This document shows, one piece after another, positions 1 to 14,563 of a stretch of DNA of 25,590 bases (position 1 is its first letter; every line of letters begins with the position of its first letter). Source of the stretch: Eledone cirrhosa (lineage: Eukaryota); NCBI GenBank assembly GCA_964016885.1, contig CAXHJY010000662.1, positions 1-25,590 on the forward strand, given 5' to 3'. The notes below the pieces were generated by a model that was given only the letters and a program-made list of their open reading frames with translations, made no database searches and had not been told where the DNA came from. Made by a program: the position numbers and the translations under genes.

Positions 1-1312
<1,312 letters not shown>

Positions 1313-1313
1313 A

Positions 1314-1800
1314 TCACGATAAATTAACGGAGGCATACGCCCTCGCTATTCCCTGTAAATAATGTGCTCAAAGGAGAAGAGATCCCGAGCTCTTTAAAAT
1401 ATAATATGTTGAGAAGGTAACACACCAGAGAGAGATATATAGTGCGTTATCAATAAAACAGGGAAAAAAACCACCAGTGTATGGAATCTATAACCTATGA
1501 AAGGCAGACTATAGACACGATAATTAAAAATATAAATTAAAGCGTAAATAAATACCTCTATAACTATATAACAGACGTAGAAATCCAAAGATATGTTTCA
1601 CCAATAATTTGTTGAAAGAAATGGTCTAGTCTCGGTTCATCAGCGTGTGTAAAGCCATACATTTCAGACAACACTAAGAGAATTTTAAAATTGACTGTCC
1701 AGCTACACGTGGGAGAGAGAAGTCACAGCGTGTTATTGATAACGCGCTGTGTATCTCTCTCTCTCTGGTGTGTTACCTTTTCAACATATTGTATTATAAA
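1314..1800 (-). mobile_element. Fold-back relic, probably a PLE pseudo-LTR: ~70-bp inverted arms (1393-1460 / 1729-1800) around a degenerate hammerhead
   Basis: AATATGTTGAGAAGGTAACACACCAGAGAGAGA...GCGTTATCAATAA pairs with TTATTGATAACGC...TCTCTCTCTGGTGTGTTACCTTTTCAACATATT. Flanked by TA-rich repeats; about 80 nt of extra sequence lies beyond the left arm. Confidence 0.55.
1585..1647 (-). ncRNA. Degenerate type I hammerhead-like motif
   Basis: Minus strand: CUGAUGA-ACCGA...UUGGU-GAAA-CAUAUC. Core boxes and a 5-bp stem II are present; stem I does not pair well. Confidence 0.4.
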
Positions 1801-1982
1801 TGTATGTATATATATATATGTAAATATGATAATAATGGAGCTGCGGCGCTGCAAATGGATTACATATTAAAAAGTTTGTCCTCATCAGTGGCCATCCAAC
1901 CGTCGTAGGCATTTCGTCGCATTAAAGGCCATATACCTCAGGTTGGTGCGAGCAACGGCTAAAAAAAAGTCGTTGGGACACG

Positions 1983-2044
<62 letters not shown>

Positions 2045-2051
<7 letters not shown>

Positions 2052-2533
2052 ATACTTTAGGAGGGTCATGTTGCTAATAAGAAACACACGCACCAGTTCC
2101 TTTCACTTCAATTTATTATAATAAATTTATAAATTTAGGAATTTATAAATTTCCGGTTGGTTGGTTCCACAACCGGATGATTGTTTACATATTGTCAAAG
2201 TTCTTTCGATACACATTCTGTGTGACAAGGTGGCGTAGGACAGAACAAAGGAGAGGCACAAAAACAAAGAAAAGAATCCCCAGTCACTGAAGAGGTCACA
2301 GAATGTGTGACGAAAGAACTTTGACAATATGTAAACAATCATCCGGTTGTGGAACCAACCAAGCAACCGGAAATTTATAAATTCCTAAATTTATAAATTT
2401 ATTATAATAAATTGAAGTGAAAGCAACTGGTGCGTGTGTTTCTTATTGACAACATGACCCTCCCAAAGTATAACAATATCGGTTTCAACACACATTTTCA
2501 GATAAAGAATCTTGCTAAACAAATTCAGAAACG

Positions 2534-2534
<1 letters not shown>
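2045..2534 (+). mobile_element. Penelope-like element subfamily A, pseudo-LTR-only insertion with 5' inverted copy (arms ~2045-2222 / ~2297-2478)
   Basis: 2230-2534 is a close homolog of 16282-16599, the 3' end of the RT/GIY-YIG element. 2045-2222 is the reverse complement of ~2297-2478. Flanked by (TA)n on both sides. Confidence 0.88.
2283..2325 (+). ncRNA. Minimal type I hammerhead ribozyme (PLE subfamily A)
   Basis: GUCA-CUGAAGA-G-GUCACA(GAAUG)UGUGAC-GAAA-GAAC-UU-UGAC: 4-bp stem I, 6-bp stem II, vestigial stem III, CUU triplet. Confidence 0.8.
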
Positions 2535-2599
<65 letters not shown>

Positions 2600-2681
2600 C
2601 GGCGATGAATTAGTTTTGCGAGGTTTTTTATATGAAATCGTGTGTCGAAACAGATATTGTTATACTTGGGGAGGGTCATAT

Positions 2682-3101
2682 TTTAAGAAAACCCACAGTA
2701 CCAATAGGAAGTGTATCATATGTAAGGTGAACCCCCGGATAAACTGTAAAACTAGAAACGTAGTCTATAGCATAAGATGTACAGAGGGTACTTGCAGAAA
2801 CATGACAACAACATACATAGGTGAGACAGCTCGTAGCATAGGTGAAAGGATAGACCAACACTGGGGGGAACTAAAAGGACGAAAAAACGGGTCAGTGCTA
2901 TACGAACATGCTAGACAACAACATGACGGTAACATAGACAACATAGAAATTAGAATAATATCTAAACATAGGAATGACCCAGCAGATAGGCAAATCAGAG
3001 AGGCCAGTGAAATAGAAATTAGAAGACCAAAGCTAAACAGAAAGAATGAGTGGAACAACAACAACACCCAAACAAACAACACTGACCTAAGAGAAGTATA
3101 A
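2682..3101 (+). pseudogene. GIY-YIG endonuclease domain of a Penelope-like element (5'-truncated, frame open)
   Basis: [28 protein letters not shown]...[16 protein letters not shown]...LYEH...RQIREASEI...PKLNRKNEW: VVY/YIG motifs, catalytic R, E, N and the CCHH residues typical of PLE endonucleases. Clearly homologous to the C-terminus of the 14564-16057 ORF. Confidence 0.92.
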
Positions 3102-3380
3102 ATAAGTAAATAAAATTAAATAAAATAAGATAAATAAATACATACACAAGCACAATAACAACAAGCACATAAACACACACTAGTCACCCAGCAGACAAAA
3201 CACTATACACACTAGTCACACATCACACATAACACTATACACACACGCAAACGCATGCGCAAAGAAGACAAAATAAAATAAGATAAACAAACAAGCAAAT
3301 AAATAAATAAATATATAGACAGACTGAATAAAAAATGGCGTAGACATACAACACAACAGGAGGAACAATGAATATAACAC

Positions 3381-3418
3381 CACTGACGATGTTGCAGATG
3401 TGCAACGAAAGATTTATG
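3381..3418 (+). ncRNA. Minimal type I hammerhead motif (PLE subfamily B), stem I decayed
   Basis: CA-CUGACGA-U-GUUGCA(GAUG)UGCAAC-GAAA-GAUU-UA-UG. Similar position downstream of AAAATGGCGTAG as in subfamily A; stem II covaries with subfamily A. Confidence 0.7.
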
Positions 3419-3633
3419 TAAATTATGTAAACTATATATATATATATGTGTTTGTGTCTATATTGTATCTGTATTATTTTTGACCGCCGGCCAGTCAATG
3501 GCAACATTGAGGACCGAGTAAGTTAGATCGCAGATATAATAAAAGACAGCGAGAAGCGAAAACCAACCAAACAGTGAGTGTGTTCTGTTATTAATTCTGG
3601 CAATATTACGCAAATATGACCCTCCCCAAGTAT

Positions 3634-4633
<1,000 letters not shown>

Positions 4634-4640
<7 letters not shown>

Positions 4641-4852
4641 ATACTTGGGGAGGGTCATATTTGTGTAATATTGCCAGAATTAATAACAGAACACACTCAC
4701 TGTTTGGTTGGTTTTCGCTTCTCGCTGTCTTTTATATCTGCGATCTAACTTAATCGGTCCTCAATCTTGCCATTGACTGACTGACGTATAACAATATTTG
4801 TTTCGACACACGATTTCATATAAAAAACCTCGCTAAACTAATTCATCGCCGC
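4634..4852. mobile_element. PLE subfamily B mini-insertion: inverted pLTR part (4634-4785) joined to a direct terminal piece (4786-4852)
   Basis: 4634-4785 is the reverse complement of ~3485-3640; 4786-4852 is the reverse complement of 2599-2665. Confidence 0.85.
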
Positions 4853-4886
4853 TATATATATATATATATATATATATAAATGTATG

Positions 4887-4970
<84 letters not shown>

Positions 4971-5005
4971 AATGTATGTATGTATATATATATATATATA
5001 TAAAT

Positions 5006-5042
<37 letters not shown>

Positions 5043-5075
5043 AATGTATGTATGTATATATATATATATATATAA

Positions 5076-5120
<45 letters not shown>

Positions 5121-5160
5121 AATGTATGTATGTATATATATGTATATATATAAATGTATG

Positions 5161-5214
<54 letters not shown>

Positions 5215-5256
5215 AATGTATGTATGTATATATATATGTATATATATAAATGTATG

Positions 5257-5323
<67 letters not shown>
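4853..5323. repeat. (TA)n microsatellite with TAAATGTATG variants
   Basis: Direct reading. Confidence 0.97.
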
Positions 5324-5328
<5 letters not shown>

Positions 5329-6182
5329 AGGTAAAATATAACGTCCGGGAAAGTGAAACTAATTTTTATGACAAGTGAATGTGTTTGTTTTTAAGTATTG
5401 CGTGTGTGATTATTTTTTCTTTTTCTTTTTTTGTGTATTGTGTGTACGGAAAATTAGACGTACCTTATCAACATCCTATACTTACCTTATCAACATCCTT
5501 ATTAGACCGTATAAATAGCTGAAATACAGTTGATCATCTCGCCAAACTTGTTGGCACCAACTCTCTGCCGCCAAAGAAATTCAGCTAAATACGAGGGGAA
5601 TATATCGTCGATTGTCCCATGTTGTCGACGGAGCTTTTTCTTCGCACGGCTCCAAGTGTTCTCTATGAGTTGTGTGTGCACATTAGGGTCTTCAGGATCG
5701 ACAAAGTTCCGTTGGTGCACAACAACATCATGGAGGTAAATGCCACCTTGAATTTCCTCAATATCAGAATAGGAAGCCCAACCATCGGACATGAGTTGGC
5801 TTCCTGGCAAAATCCATTCCTGTATAATGGGGACAAGAGTCTCACGAGAGAACACTTGGAGCCGTGCGAAGAAAAAGCTCCGTCGACAACATGGGACAAG
5901 CGACGATATATTCCCCTCGTATTTAGCTGAATTTCTTTGGCGGCAGAGAGTTGGTGCCAACAAATTTGGCGAGAAGATCAACTGTATTTCAGCTATTTAT
6001 ACGGTCTAATAAGGATGTTGATAAGGTAAGTATAGGATGTTGATAAGGTACGTCTAATTTTCCGTACACACAATACACAAGAAAAAGAAAAAATAATCAC
6101 ACACGCAATACTAAAAAACAAACACATTCACTTGTCATAAAAATTAGTTTCACTTTCCCGGACGTTATATTTTACCTATGCC
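5324..6182. mobile_element. Non-autonomous fold-back derivative of a Merlin (IS1595/ISXO2-like) DNA transposon: two 3' ends, arms 5324-5664 / 5847-6182, 182-bp spacer
   Basis: Ends GGCATAGGTAAAATATAACGTCCGGGAAAG ... CTTTCCCGGACGTTATATTTTACCTATGCC; near-identical ~340-bp inverted arms; transposase C-terminus inside. TSD cannot be read because the element sits in (TA)n. Confidence 0.88.
5502..5846 (-). pseudogene. C-terminal half of an ISXO2/Merlin-type DDE transposase
   Basis: RETLVPIIQEWILPGSQLMSDGWASY...VVHQRNFVDPEDPNVHTQLIENTWSRAKKK...PSYLAEFLWR matches the SDGW..Y, H..FVDP, HTQ.IE..W and YL.EF.WR motifs of Merlin/IS1595-family transposases. The ORF-track N-terminus (5847-5981) is only the antisense of the duplicated arm. 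Confidence 0.9.
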
Positions 6183-6745
<563 letters not shown>

Positions 6746-6936
6746 AGATATACTCAATACATTAACAGAGAAAGATTTAAGCGATACTCCAACCAACTCC
6801 ATCTCACTCAACAAACATTAGGATATACCTAAGTATTATCCCAATTTAGTGTTTGGGGTGCTAACTATACAGTATTGCATGGATACCTGGTTGTATTATT
6901 TTATATGAGACATAATTAAACAAATCTCTCTTTCCT

Positions 6937-7059
6937 TCCATACGATCGTTTCGTTATAAGATTTCTACACGTTGGGATAAATAATGTCCAGGTTATGTAG
7001 AAACTTGTATATAATCCATAGAAATACACACAAGCGGGCCCTTATAACTCATCAGTGGA
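6937..7059 (-). ncRNA. Type I hammerhead ribozyme with canonical core and an 80-nt branched insertion in stem II
   Basis: Minus strand: UCCA-CUGAUGA-GUUAUAAG-[80 nt]-CUUAUAAC-GAAA-CGAUCG-UA-UGGA. 4-bp stem I, perfect 8-bp stem II with G10.1-C11.1, palindromic ACGAUCGU stem III, GUA triplet. Confidence 0.85.
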
Positions 7060-7377
7060 TGCCCATGCAATATCGATATAAAAAAACTACATCGATATTA
7101 ATAATCAGTGATGGTCTCCGTCAGTGTTAGAAGGACAGCTAAATTTGAAAAACCAGTAGTCCTTCAAAAAGAACATTCAAACTGTCCCCAAAGGGGAAGG
7201 CGGGAGGGGGGGGTCATCGTAAAATATAAAATAATATACACGCTGGACATAGAAGCCTGTTAGGTATTTTAACCACGTGTTTAAGAACTCAATTGGATAT
7301 TAAAAAAATAAATATGTTTTTACCATCAATACATATATATATATGTGTGTGTGTATATATATATATATGTACATATA

Positions 7378-7522
7378 TATAAGTATGTATACGTACATAT
7401 ATATATGTATACAGATGTACAATAATATGTATATATATATATATACATATATATACATATAAGTATGTATACATACATACATATATGTATACAGACGTAC
7501 AGTAGTATGTATATACATACAT

Positions 7523-7582
<60 letters not shown>

Positions 7583-7730
7583 GTACGTATGGGTTTACCG
7601 AACATTTATTATAATGCTCGGTTTGTTTGTAAACAAACTGTACGTCTGTATACATATATGTATGTACGTATATATACTTATATTTAAGTATCAGCCGTAC
7701 TAAGCGTGAGAAATGAAATTTCATTTTTTC
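7378..7730. mobile_element. Repeat family C, fold-back copy (segment co-oriented with the 11085-11460 copy up to 7638; inverted segment 7639-7730)
   Basis: 7458-7638 matches 11137-11285 (ACAGACGTACAGTAGTATG...ACCGAACATTTATTATAATGCTCGG...GTTTGTAAACAAAC); 7639-7730 is the reverse complement of 11085-11182. Confidence 0.8.
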
Positions 7731-7760
7731 TATATATACATATAAATATATATATAAATG

Positions 7761-7815
<55 letters not shown>

Positions 7816-8537
7816 ATGTATATCTGTATATATATATGTATGTATATCTGTATATATATAAAGACGAAGTTTTCTGTATGTGTGTGTGTGTGTGGACAAT
7901 TTTTAATGCGGGCTCATATATTCTAAACGATTCATGCGATTTCTTTGAAATTTTTTACAGAGCTTCTTCTTGTACAAAACCTGTACATAATCTACAAAGG
8001 CTTTCAAAATCGATATTGGGGCCTTTGGAGACATTAAAAAAGTTTCGGTTATTTGTGTGAATTTTCGTGATTAAGTAAGACAAGAGTTATCTTTCGTAAT
8101 TCGGCTCATTCGGATTTTAATTTACTCTTTGTACTTGAAACAAAAAGTACACTTCCTTGAGACTAACAATATCATCTTGCATATTTCACAACCAGCAATT
8201 TCTAACAGATTACTAAGTTAAGTTATAGATTTGACATTGTATAATTTATCGTTTCAAGCTTGATGTTCATACATTAAGTGTCATAACTTTTACAATATTA
8301 TGCTTTGTACCTAATAGTGTCAATTATTCACTTCACTTTTCTATTTCATGATGCACTTTTACTGTTGTCAAAAAAGACACCGAGCTCACGTATTAATTAT
8401 TTCCTGGAATAGTGCCTAAGGTTTTCATGTTTACATAAAGTACGCTTTTCTTCTATGTATTCAATTTTTACTTTGTTTAGTTTAATGAGCTACATCGAAA
8501 GATACTTGAGCCGTCCAAAGGATGGGTAGTTTAACTA

Positions 8538-8538
8538 G

Positions 8539-8591
<53 letters not shown>

Positions 8592-9010
8592 TTATGTATA
8601 TATATATGTATGTATTTATGTATATATATATGTATATATTTATGTATATATATATGTATATATATATATGTATTTATGTATATATATATGTATATATTTA
8701 TGTATATATATGTGTATATATATATATGTATTTATGTATATGTATATATATATATGTATTTATGTATATGTATATATATATATGTATTTATGTATATATA
8801 TGTATATATATATGTATTTATGTATATATATGTATATATATATGTATATATATATATGTATTTATGTATATATATATGTATTTATGTATATATATATGTA
8901 TTTATGTATATATATATATATATGTATTTATGTATATATATATGTATATATATATATGTATATATATGTATTTATATATATGTATATATATATATGTATA
9001 TATATGTATT

Positions 9011-9041
<31 letters not shown>

Positions 9042-9262
9042 ATATATATATGTATTTATATATATATATATGTATTTATGTATATATATATATGTATTTA
9101 TATATATATATATGTATTTATGTATATATATATATGTATATATATATATGTATATATATGTATTTATATATGTATATATATGTGTGTATATATTTATATA
9201 TATATATATAGTAATAATAATAAATTTGAAGACTAAAAGTGTGTGTGTGTGTGTGTGTGTGT
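8538..9262. repeat. (TA)n microsatellite with TATTTATG variants, ending in (TG)n
   Basis: Direct reading. Confidence 0.95.
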
Positions 9263-9468
9263 ATACTGGGAGTGAAGGACCTCTAGCCTTTGTCAAGACA
9301 TTCTTCTAGGAGAAGGTAACTCAGGAAACTGGGATAACTCCGACATAAAACCTGCGGCTCAGTAGTTACCAATGATGTTGATATTTTTTTCTTTTCGGGT
9401 TATAGCTACTGTCGCTCAGAGAGTGGGATTGGCTCAGTGCACAGTCTTTCCTCACTTTCAAAAAAATC
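9263..9468 (+). repeat. Possible SINE/RTE-related interspersed repeat fragment
   Basis: GC-richer island (AGGAGAAGGTAACTC...AAAACCTGCGGCTCAG) with an A-rich end; resemblance from memory only, single copy here. Confidence 0.25.
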
Positions 9469-10053
9469 TTCACGCACATGCATTGCAATGTATATGTGTG
9501 CGTACACGCAGAAAATATATATGTGAACTGTTATTCGTTATTGTATAGATGAAACACCGTATAAGATGTAAAGTTTGGTTTTAACATATTACTTTCTCCT
9601 CCATTTATTCTGTTTATACCTGCTGTGCCTACCTTCTGCACTTAATCTTCATTAAATATTAACCTTTCTATAATATTTAACACTACACTCCTAAGCATTG
9701 AGCACACTTCGTTTCGGCTATTGGCGTCTAGTATACTGTATCACACTTTTTTCTCTCTCCTCCTTTCTTATGAAACACATCTCTTCTTTAATATGTATAT
9801 ACAAATAAATATATATATATATAAATTGTTTAAATTCCTTATAGCAGCATTTTTCTTTTCCAGCTTGTTTTAAAGTTTTTTAATGCTTCTAGCTGCTGAT
9901 TCTTAATTATATTTATATGATCGTGCTTTTCATATGCTTCTTGCTTTCCTCTCTTATATCAATGTTACTATCTATTATTTATGCTTTCTTTCCATATGCG
10001 GTATCCCCAGAATGTTCTTTGACAACGTTATATGTGTACTAACATTTGATTTA

Positions 10054-10100
10054 TACTCTGATGATTCCGGCCTTGTGCTTGGATGAAAGAATCGTTAGTA
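10054..10100 (+). ncRNA. Degenerate type I hammerhead-like motif
   Basis: UACU-CUGAUGA-UUCCGG(CCUUGUGC)UUGGAU-GAAA-GAAUCG-UU-AGUA: 4-bp stem I, 5-bp stem II, U.U at 10.1/11.1, damaged stem III. Confidence 0.55.
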
Positions 10101-10209
10101 ATTAAATTGTTATTTATATATACAGTATTTCGGCTCTGTATTATATTTCTTATTTTACATTGAGCTACTCTCATACTTGTAATTGGATATTTAATATTAC
10201 CCACATTTT

Positions 10210-10357
10210 ATACACACACACACACACGCACATATATATATATATATGTAAACACACACATATGTATATGTATATATGTATATGTATATACTGTATATAT
10301 GTATATACATGTACATATATATGTACATATATATGTATATATATATATATATATACT

Positions 10358-10434
<77 letters not shown>

Positions 10435-10752
10435 TATATGTATATACTGTATATATGTATATACTGTATATATGTATATATATACATATATATGTATATA
10501 CTGTATATATGTATGTATATACTGTATATATGTATATATATATATATGTATATACTGTATATATGTATATATATATGTATATACTGTATTTACTGTATAT
10601 ATGTATATATATATGTATATACTGTATTTACTGTATATATGTATATATATATGTATATACTGTATATATGTATATATATATGTATATACTGTATATATGT
10701 ATATATATGTATATACTGTATATATGTATATATATATATATATGTATATATG

Positions 10753-10803
<51 letters not shown>

Positions 10804-10816
10804 GTATATATATATG

Positions 10817-10847
<31 letters not shown>

Positions 10848-10929
10848 GTATATATATATGTATATATATATATGTATGTACTGTATATATGTATATATAT
10901 ATATGTATATATGTATATACATATATATG

Positions 10930-10962
<33 letters not shown>

Positions 10963-11009
10963 GTATATACATATATATATGTATATATATGTATATACAT
11001 ATATATATG

Positions 11010-11070
<61 letters not shown>

Positions 11071-11082
11071 ATATATATATAA
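10210..11082. repeat. (TA)n microsatellite with TATACTG variants
   Basis: Direct reading. Confidence 0.95.
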
Positions 11083-11084
11083 AC

Positions 11085-11460
11085 GGAAAAAATGAAACAA
11101 GATTTCATTTCGCACTCTTAGTACAGCTGTTACTTAAATATAAGTATGTACCCGTACATACATATATGTCTACAGACGTACAGTAGTATGTATATATATA
11201 TATATACATACATGAACACATATATATATGCACGTATGGATTCACCGAACATTTATTATAATGCTCGGTGTGTTTGTAAACAAACATCCCGTATTAAGCC
11301 GTAGTGTCCAGCAACCATCGTTGCTCGTTTGTTCAACACTGACAAAGGAACGCTGTTCTAGTTTCAAGCTTATTAACTATCGTCAGCAACGTATACCTTC
11401 CTGCCAGATTGTTGAACGTTGTTTCCTCGGTCCGATTTGATGAAAGTCGATCGTTCCTTT
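11085..11460 (-). mobile_element. Repeat family C, longer copy with hammerhead motif (probable PLE pseudo-LTR)
   Basis: Homologous to 7458-7730; carries an HHR-like motif at 11350-11392; bounded by (TA)n on the left and the RTE tail on the right. Confidence 0.65.
11350..11392 (-). ncRNA. Type I hammerhead motif with mutated cleavage triplet
   Basis: Minus strand: ACGUUG-CUGACGA-UAGUU(AAUA)AGCUU-GAAA-CUAG-AA-CAGCGU. 6-bp stem I; stem III looks like the palindrome ACUAGU with U16.1 changed to A. Confidence 0.62.
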
Positions 11461-12907
11461 ATCATCATCATCATCATCATCAGCGTTTAACGTCCGTGTT
11501 CCACGCTTGCATGGGTTTGGACGGGGGTAGTCCCACTTGAGGCAAGAGTGATTGTCTTGCTCGCATAGGACTGTCTGGCAGGTTTTCTACAGTTGGATGC
11601 CCTTCCTAACACCAACCACATTTACAGTGTGGGTCTGGGAGGTTTTTACCGTGTTGCCTACACGGCCACATTACAGCGTGGACTGTGTGTTTTTTGTCGT
11701 GACACCTACACGATCTCATTTGTTTCGGCCTCGATGGCGCGGCACCAACATAACTTTACATAGAACGGGGTGGTGTGGATCGGGTGGGGGTGGTGGGACG
11801 GGGTGTATTTGTTAGAGATGCCTACTGGCTGGAGTAGGTTTTACTATATATTTAGGTAAGGCGGGTCTTCTCTGTTACTGAGTACCGCCAAAGGTCTCGG
11901 TCCAGTGACATTGTCTTGGAGAGGTGTAAGTGTGTGATGTCGGAGTTTATCAGCTCGTCCCAGGTTTTTCTAGGTCTGCCTATTCCGTGACTACCGTCTA
12001 TCTTTATTGCCCTGCACTTTGTTATACAGCTATCGACTTTCATGCGCATCACGTGTCCATACCAACGTAGCCTTCTCTCGAGTAAACAACATCTGATCCC
12101 TCTTATCTCTAATTTATTCCTTAGTTCGTTTATGCTTTGCCGTTCACGTATATTACTGTTACACATCCAGCGGAGCATGCAAGCTTCGTTCCTCTCTAGT
12201 CTGCGTATATCCTCTGCACACAATGCCCAGGTCTCACTGCCATGCAGCATTGCTGTTCGTATGCAGGCATCGTACAACCTGCCTTTCATTTTTAGTGAGA
12301 ACCCTTTAGCAGCTAATAGTGGTATAAGCTCTCTGAACTTTTTCCAACCAGTTCTGACTCTAGCTACAGTACTTTCAGAGCACCCTCCCCCACTGCTGAT
12401 TTTATCGCCCAGGTAACGGAAGCTGTCCACTATTTCTATAGAACCCTCTGCGCAATTGAAAGAGCTAGTAGTTTGTGGGCACTTGCTGCTACTTATTGCA
12501 CCAGAGCACCGGCCACATGTAAAATCTATGTTCTTAGTTAGCCTACCTGTGATCCCACTACATCTTTTATGCACCCATACTTTGCATTTAGGACATAAAA
12601 TGGAGTTTCTACCTACGCCTTTCCTACACACCGAGCACGACCATTTCCCAGAAGGGACCGCCGCCTTGTTTTCTTTCCTACAAACTAGTACTTTGGTCTT
12701 AGCCAGGTTAATTTTAAGTCCTTTTGACTCTAGGCCGTGCTTCCATGTTTGGAATTTCTTCTCTAGCTCGGCCATTGATTCCGCTATGAGTGTCAGGTCG
12801 TCTGCGTATAGGAGTTCCCATGGGCAGCCTGTCTTGAACTCCTCTGTTATGGCCTGAAGGGCAATAATAAATAGTAGTGGACTGAGAACAGAGCCCTGAT
12901 GGACGCC

Positions 12908-12913
<6 letters not shown>
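11461..12913 (-). mobile_element. 5'-truncated RTE-clade non-LTR retrotransposon with 3' UTR and (TGA)n tail
   Basis: RT motifs [24 protein letters not shown] and RTE-type C-terminus ([25 protein letters not shown]). (ATC)7 at 11461-11481 is a (TGA)n tail on the minus strand. Confidence 0.92.
11852..12913 (-). pseudogene. RTE reverse transcriptase C-terminal part (open frame, N-terminally truncated at the TA tract) with inserted C4HC3 finger
   Basis: YADD at 12808-12797; no stops down to 11852. The ORF-track Met and first 24 residues are microsatellite. Confidence 0.92.

Positions 12914-14563
<1,650 letters not shown>

Noticed and set aside
1875-1945. Minus-strand GACGAAA and CCACUGAUGAG boxes as a hammerhead
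   Set aside because: No consistent stems I-III could be built in any topology.
2430-3101. 223-aa ORF as a single gene
   Set aside because: Chance in-frame fusion of a subfamily A pLTR end, (TA)n, an inverted subfamily B end and the GIY-YIG fragment.
5530-6009. Overlapping small ORFs around the Merlin fragment
   Set aside because: Antisense or alternative frames, and the duplicated C-terminal arm of the same transposase.
7890-8520. Possible decayed PLE coding sequence on the minus strand (GCEICKMI etc.)
   Set aside because: Many stops and no diagnostic motif; needs a translated search.
9520-9745. GAAACACCGTA (9551) and minus-strand GCCGAAACG (~9711-9719) as hammerhead halves
   Set aside because: No CUGANGA box at a usable position.
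12042-12857. Plus-strand ORFs of 124 and 133 aa
   Set aside because: Antisense shadows of the RTE RT.
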